Shown one piece after another: positions 58,547-64,000 of a stretch of 64,000 nt of DNA. This DNA comes from Rebecca billardiae RCC1528 (lineage: Eukaryota; Protista; Haptophyta). The notes below the pieces were generated by a model. That model made no database searches, was not told the DNA's origin, and was given only the letters and a program-made list of their open reading frames with translations. Location of the stretch: NCBI GenBank assembly GCA_965240325.2, contig OZ251238.1, positions 62,001 through 126,000 on the forward strand, given 5' to 3'. Numbering within the stretch: position 1 is the first letter of the stretch; every line of letters begins with the position of its first letter. The position numbers and the translations under genes were made by a program.

Positions 58547-61227
58547 GCGGCGCGGCGCGCTGCGCGTCGGCGAGCGCGCGCGCGGCGGCGCCGAGCGCGC
58601 CGAGCGCGGCCGGGCCCAGCGCGTGCGCGCCGCACAGCACAGCCCAGCAGCCGCGCGCGCGCGCGCCCGCGACGGCGCGCTCGACGGCGGCCGCGGCGGT
58701 CGCGCCGCCGCAGTGCAGCACGCTCGCCGGCCGGCCGAGCGCCGCGGCGAGCTCGAGCACCGCGGTGCGCTTGCCGCAGCCCGCCGCGCCGCGCAGCGCG
58801 GGGTGCGCGCGCGCGCGCAGCGCGCTCGCGAGCGCGAGCTGCGCGCGGCCGCACTCGGCGCTCGGCAGCGCGCGGCCCGCGCCGAGCGGCGTGGGCTCCC
58901 AGCGGTGCGGCCCCTCCCACGCGCCGAGCGCGCACGTCACGCCGCCGCCCGGCGCGAGCTCGCACCGCAGCGTCGCCGCCCACTCGAAGCAGCGCGGCCC
59001 GCTCGCCGCGCACGCGCGCGCCAGCACCGCGGCCGCGTCGCGCAGCGCCACGAGCTCGGCGCCGGCCGCGCGCACGGCGGCGCGCGCGGCGCGGTCGGTG
59101 GTGGTGGGCGCGTGCGGCGCGGGCGCGGTGCTGTCGCGCGCGTGCGGGGCGAGCGGCGCGGCGGGCCCGGCGCCGAGCGCGCCGAGCGCCGCGCCCACGC
59201 GCGCGCCCACCGCGCCTACCGCTCCGCGCGCCTCCGGCCCACCGCCCGCGCTGCGCGCGCCCAGCGCCGCGCCCAGCTGCGCGGTGGCGGCGGCGCGCAG
59301 CGCCAGCGCCCAGAGCTGCGCGGGCGGAGGGGGGCGGCGCGCGCAGCCGGGCGCGGCGCGCGCGGCGGCGTGGAGCGCGGCCGCGCCGCGGCCCTCGGGC
59401 GCGCCGAGCAGCGCGGCGGCCGCGCCCACCGCGGCCGGCGCCGCCTCGCGCAGCCCCGCGCGCAGCGCCGCGTCGAGCGCGCCCAGCCACGCCCACGGCG
59501 GCTGCGCGGCGCGCGCGCGCACGGGCGTGGCGAGGGGCAGCAGCTCGGCGTCGTGCGTGCGCGCGCAGAGCACGAGCCAGCGCGCGCCCTCGGCGTCGGC
59601 ACCGCCGGCGGCCTCGTCGGCGGCCTCGCCCGCGCCCGCCGCCTCCGCGCCGCGGCCGCGCGCGGCGGCCGCGTGCGCCGCGGCCGCGTCGGGCTGCGCG
59701 GCGACGCCGAGCGCCGCGACCCCGCCCCACAGCGAGCTGAGCGCCCACGGCCCGAGCTCGGCGGGGGGGCGGGTCGAGGCGCTCGCGCCCAGCTCGAGGA
59801 GCTGCGCGTCGTCCAGCGCGTGCAGCCGCGCCCACTGCCCGCGGCACGCCGCCGCGTGCGCGCCCAGCGCCGCGCGCGCGCCGTCGAGCGCGCGCGCCGC
59901 TCGCTCGAGCCGCTCGCGCGCGGCCGGCAGCGCGAGCGCGCCGCCGCACGTGGGCGCGCGCGCGAGCGCGGCGCAGAGCGAGCGCAGCTCGGCGTCCGCG
60001 GCGGCGAAGGGCGCGCGCGCGGCGGGCGGCACCGCCGCGCCGCCCGCCGCGCCGCCGCCGCCGCGCCGCCGCGCGACCCCCGCCGCGCCGCCGCCGCCGC
60101 CGCCGCCGCCGCCTTGGCCGCCGCCTTCTCCGAGCATGGGCGCGAGCGCGGCCGCGTGGCTCTGCGCGTGCCGCCACGCCTCGAGGAGGGCGCGCAGGCG
60201 TTCGAGGGCGGCGAGGAGCGCGGCGCGCTCGCGCGCGTGCGGGCGCACGCCCGGCGCGCCGCCGAGCGCGTGCGCCGCCGCGAGCGCCTCGCCCGTCACG
60301 CCGAGCGCCGCGCCGAGGCCGCAGACGCGCGGCGGGCCGCCGCACCCGCCGCCGCCGGCGCGCCGGCGCGCGCGCCAGCCGCCGCCGCCGCCCGCGGCGT
60401 CGCCGCCCTCGGCGGCGTCGGCGTCGTCGTCGGCGTCGTCGTCGTCGGCGTACGCGACGCGCAGCGGGCACGCCTCCGCGCCCTCGCGCAGCGCGCGCAG
60501 CTCCGCCTCCGCGCCCGCCTCCGCGCGCGCGCGCGCCACGAGGGCGCGCACGGCGCCCTCGGCGGCGCCGAGCGCGGCCGCGCCGCCGCCGCGCAGCAGC
60601 CGGCCGAGCGGCGTGGCGGCGGGCGGCGGGCCGCGCGGCGGGCCGGGGAGGGCGAGCGGCGCGAGCGGCCCCGCGCGCAGCGCGGCCCAGTGCCGCGGGC
60701 GCAGCGCGTCCGCGCGCAGCTCGCCGAGCGCGGCGAGCGCCGCCGCCGCGTGCGCGAGCTCCGCGCCCAGCGCGCGCGCCGCGCCCCCCTCGCGCGCGCG
60801 CGCCGGCAGCGCGCGCAGCGCCGCGCCCGCCTCGTCCGCCTCGGCGCGCGCCTTGCGCGGGACGAGGCCGCCCCACGGCTGCGCGCGCAGCGCCGCGAGC
60901 CGCTCCGCCGCGCCGCCGAGCTGCGCCCACGCCGCGCGCTGCGCCGCCGCGTCCGCCGCGAGCGCGCGCACGGACGCGGCCGCCGCGCGCAGCGCGGCCG
61001 CGCCGCCCTCGCCGCCGACGGCGCCGCCGCCGACGCCGCCGCCGTCGGCGTCGGCGTCGTCGGCGAAGGGCGCGGGCGCGGCGAGCTCGGCCGCCGCCTC
61101 CTGCGCCGCCGCGAGCGCCGCGCCGAGCGCGTCCGCCGCGCCCTCGAGCGTGCCGAGCGCGCCGAGCGCCGCGGCGGGCGTGCGCGCGCGCGGCGGCGCG
61201 GCGCGCGCGGCGCCGCCGGCCGACGGC

Positions 61228-61268
<41 letters not shown>

Positions 61269-62521
61269 GCCGCCGTCGGCGGCGGGCTCGGCGTGCGGCG
61301 GGTGCGGCGCGTACGCGTCCGGCCGCGCGGCGGGCCACCACTCCGCGCAGAACACCGCGCACAGCTCGCACAGCGCCGCCGCGCGCGCGCCGTGCGCCGC
61401 GCGCAGCCGCTGCCAGCCCGCGGCCAGCGCGCGCGCCTCCGCCTCCGCGCCGCCAAGCAGGGCGCGCGCGGCGGCGCGCGCGGCCGCGGCGGCGTCGTCC
61501 GCGGCGGCGGCGGCGGCGGGCGGCTCGGCGGGCGGCGGGTGGTGCGGCTGCGCCGCGCGCGCGTGCGCCAGCGCCGCCGCCGCCGCGGGCAGGCTCTCCT
61601 CCAGCCAGCGCCGCGCGCGGGCGCGCGCGGCGCGCGCGGCGCGCAGCGCGCGCAGCAGCGCCGCCCACGGCGCGCCCAGCGCGGCCGCAGCGCCGCCCGC
61701 GCCGCCGTCGGCGGCGGCGGCGGAGGCGGCGGCGGCGGCGGGCGCGGCGCGGCCCGCCGCGGCGGCGGCGAGCTCGGGCGGCAGCGCCGGCGGCGGCGCG
61801 CACAGCGCGGCCAGCGCCGCCGCCGCGCCGCCGCCGCCGAGCGCCTCGGCCTCGCGCGCGGCCGCGTCGGCGACGGCGCGCGCGCGCGCGGCCGCGAGCG
61901 CGCGCGCGCCGCCGCCGAGCGCGGCGGCCCACGCGGCGGCGCGCGCGGCGGCGGCGGCGTCCGCGCCCGCCGTGTCGAGCGCGAGCACGCCGAGCCGCTG
62001 CGCGCCCGCCGCCGCCGCCGCCGCGCGCGCGCCGCCGCCGCCGGTTCGGCCGTCGAGCGCGCGGCGCGTGCCGCCGAGTGCGCGCAGCGCGGCCGCGCGC
62101 GCCGCGAGCGCGGCATCGGCCGCCGCGTCGTCCGCGCCCGCCGCCTCGGCGTGGGCGAGGGCGGCGGCGGCGGCGGCGGCGGCGGGCGGCGCGCGCCACA
62201 GCGGCGCGCGCGCCGCCGCCCACGCCGCCGCCGCGCCCTCCGCGCGCCGCACCGCCGCGTCGGCCGCGCCGAGCGCCGCGGCGAGCGCGCCCGCCGCGTC
62301 CGCGCACGCGGCCGCGAGCGCGCCGCCGTGCTCGGCGGCGGCGCCGCGCGCGCCGAGCGCGGCGGCGGCGGCGCGCGGGCCGCGGAGCACCCACCAGTGC
62401 CGCGCCGGCCGCGCGCCGCCGTCCGCGCGCTCGCACTCGCACGCCGCCGCGCACGCCGCGCGCACCGCCGCCCAGAGCTGCGCGCGCACACACGGCGCGC
62501 TCGGCCACAGCGCCGCGCACA

Positions 62522-62555
<34 letters not shown>

Positions 62556-63807
62556 CTCGGAGACGCGGAGGCGGACGCGCGCGCGCGGCGCGGCGTGGGC
62601 CTGCGGCGGCAGCGCGGCCGGGCTGCCCCGCCCGCTCCCGCCGCCGCCGGCAGCAGCGCCGCCACCACCGCCGCCGCCCGGCGCCGCCGCCCACGCGCGC
62701 AGCGCGCGCGCCGCGCGCCTCGCGAGCGCCGCGGCTAAGCGCGCGTCCGCAGCCGCGGCGTAGGCGGCGGCGCCCGCCACGTTGGCGGCGGCGACGCGCT
62801 CGACGGCGGCGCGCGCGGCGGCGGCGGCGGCGCGCGCGGTGGCGGCGGCGCACGCCCCGCCCCGCCCCTCGCCGCCCTCCTCCTCCGCCGCCGCCGCCGC
62901 CTCCTCCTCCCCGCCGCCGCCGCCGCCGCCCTCCGCGTCCGCGCGCGCGTCCGCTCCGTCGATGGCCGCCAGCGCGCGCGCCAGCGCCGCCTCTGCGCCG
63001 AGCAGCTCGCGAGAGGCGGCGGCGTACGCGACGAGCGCGCGGCGGAGGCGCGCGGCGCACGCGCGCAGCGCCGCCGCGTCCGTCGGGCCCGCGCCCGCCG
63101 CCGCGCGCACCGCCGCGTGCGCCGCCGCCGCGTGCGGGCGCAGGTGGCGGCGCAGCGGCGGCGGCACGCGCGCGACGGCGGCCGCGCGCGCGTCGAGCGC
63201 GCCGCCGAGCTCGGCGGCGGCGGCGGCGAGCGGCGCCCACTCGGCGGCGGCGGCGGCGAGGGCGCGCGGCACGCCGCCCTCCGGCGCGCCCGCCCCCGCC
63301 GGCGCGTACCCCAGCCGCCCCAGCGCCTCCGCCTCGGCGGGCAGCGCCAGCAGCAGCGGCGGCAGCGCGGGGCACAGCCGCAGCCGCGCGCGGCCGCCGC
63401 CGCCGCGCGCGCGCGCCGCCGAGCCGCCACCGCCACCGTCCGCGCGCGCCCCCGCCGCCGCCTCGGCGGCGGCGCCGTCGGCAGTGCCGCCGGCCGCCGC
63501 GCCGGCGCTGCGCGCCGGCGGCGCGAGCTCGAGCACGGCGAGCGCCCGGCCGCGCGGCGGCGCCGCCAGCTCGCGCGCGGCCGCGGCCGCCCACGCGCCC
63601 ACGAGCGCCGCCGCGCGCGCGGCCGCGGCGGCGCGCAGCGCGGCCGCGTCGGCGAGCACGGCGCGCGCGGCGGCGTGCGCGCCGCACGACTCGCCGAGCG
63701 CGGCGCGCACGAGGCGCGCGCCCAGCTCGCCGCGCGCGCCGAGCGCGCGCGCGCGGCACACCGCCGCCGCCACCGGCGGCCAGCCGCGCGCGCCGCCCAC
63801 CGCGGCC

Positions 63808-63845
<38 letters not shown>

Positions 63846-64000
63846 CTCGGCGGCGGCGCCGCGGCCGAGCGCGGCGCGCGCGCGCCCGACCTCGGCGGCG
63901 GCGGCGCGGAGGAGCGCGCCCTCCGCGTCGGGCAGCGCGGCGCGCACGGCCGGGCGGCCGAGCGCGCCCGCCGCGCGCGCCAGCGCGCGCGCGCGCGCGC
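45395..64000 (-). CDS. Highly divergent dynein heavy chain-like protein, 5'-truncated (about 6,050 aa in window), with an apparent frameshift near 52630 and two introns
   Basis: Dynein landmarks occur in order: linker FEWAATLR; AAA1 GAAGCGKRT and LPPSLAAYLRPVHVRAPD; AAA2 GPPRSGKS, GEWDEGLL and WLCVDGSLD; AAA3 GPRGAAKR and LVDDLNLP; AAA4 HLALCGPPCSGKASLARLAA; stalk LLGGLREHGARW; AAA5 RPPLLLDPSG; AAA6 WALLLDAH; and GGVYGG. Introns 48191-47988 and 47761-47523; TGA at 45395. Confidence 0.85.
45446..45730 (-). repeat. Coding acidic repeats at the dynein-like C-terminus: (GAC)n poly-Asp and a 15/18-bp EAE(E)GA repeat
   Basis: About 11 GTC triplets at 45446-45478 and CTCCGCACCCTCCGC-like units at about 45610-45730. 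Confidence 0.8.
47630..48175. repeat. (CA)n and (TG)n-type microsatellites in the two introns of the dynein-like gene
   Basis: CA-rich run at 47630-47760 and GTGCTGT/GTGCG repeats at 48060-48175. Confidence 0.85.
57055..57330 (-). repeat. Coding Gly-Ser repeat and poly-Gln inserted within AAA2 of the dynein-like protein
   Basis: About 48 aa of GGGSGSGS repeats, a duplicated SSERSD and Q9, lying between GEWDEGLL and WLCVDG. Confidence 0.85.

Noticed and set aside
45484-62763. Multi-kilobase Arg/Ala-rich ORFs on the + strand and in alternative - frames overlapping the dynein-like gene (likewise over SPAG17 and PUM3)
   Set aside because: Stop codons are rare at this GC content, and only one frame per segment carries recognisable motifs.
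29487-64000. SPAG17 and the dynein-like gene as a flagellar gene cluster
   Set aside because: They are separated by unrelated PUM3 and sulfotransferase genes; two flagellar-type genes within 35 kb can occur by chance without synteny evidence.

Overview
Eukaryotic genomic window, extremely GC-rich, with short spliceosomal introns. The composition, intron style and flagellar genes suggest a flagellated alga, possibly a haptophyte; this is inference only. Left to right: (1) the 3' 23.4 kb of a giant, apparently intronless gene for a type I membrane protein, with at least 6,670 aa of Ser-Pro(3) repeats built from two hierarchical tandem arrays, a bacterial-type DGY...DxDxDG...TD.xG domain, a TM helix and a 677-aa tail; (2) a SEL1-repeat/MYND gene; (3) a CCCH zinc finger fused to a CDIN1/TPD-type PD-(D/E)xK nuclease; (4) a ~2-kb putative non-autonomous element with CACAGT termini; (5) SPAG17/PF6 (6 exons); (6) PUM3/Puf6 (7 exons, one GC-AG intron); (7) a divergently transcribed sulfotransferase; (8) ~3 kb of intergenic or relic DNA including a CpG-depleted tract; (9) the 3' 18.6 kb of a very divergent dynein heavy chain-like gene. 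The dynein keeps all four Walker A lysines but appears to have lost the AAA1 hydrolysis residues and the microtubule-binding domain. The best novelty candidates are this pseudo-dynein, the micrometre-scale Pro-rich membrane protein, and introns with complementary CA-rich 5' and TG-rich 3' halves. Most long ORFs in the supplied track are GC-content shadows. All family assignments come from motif recognition by eye; no searches were run.
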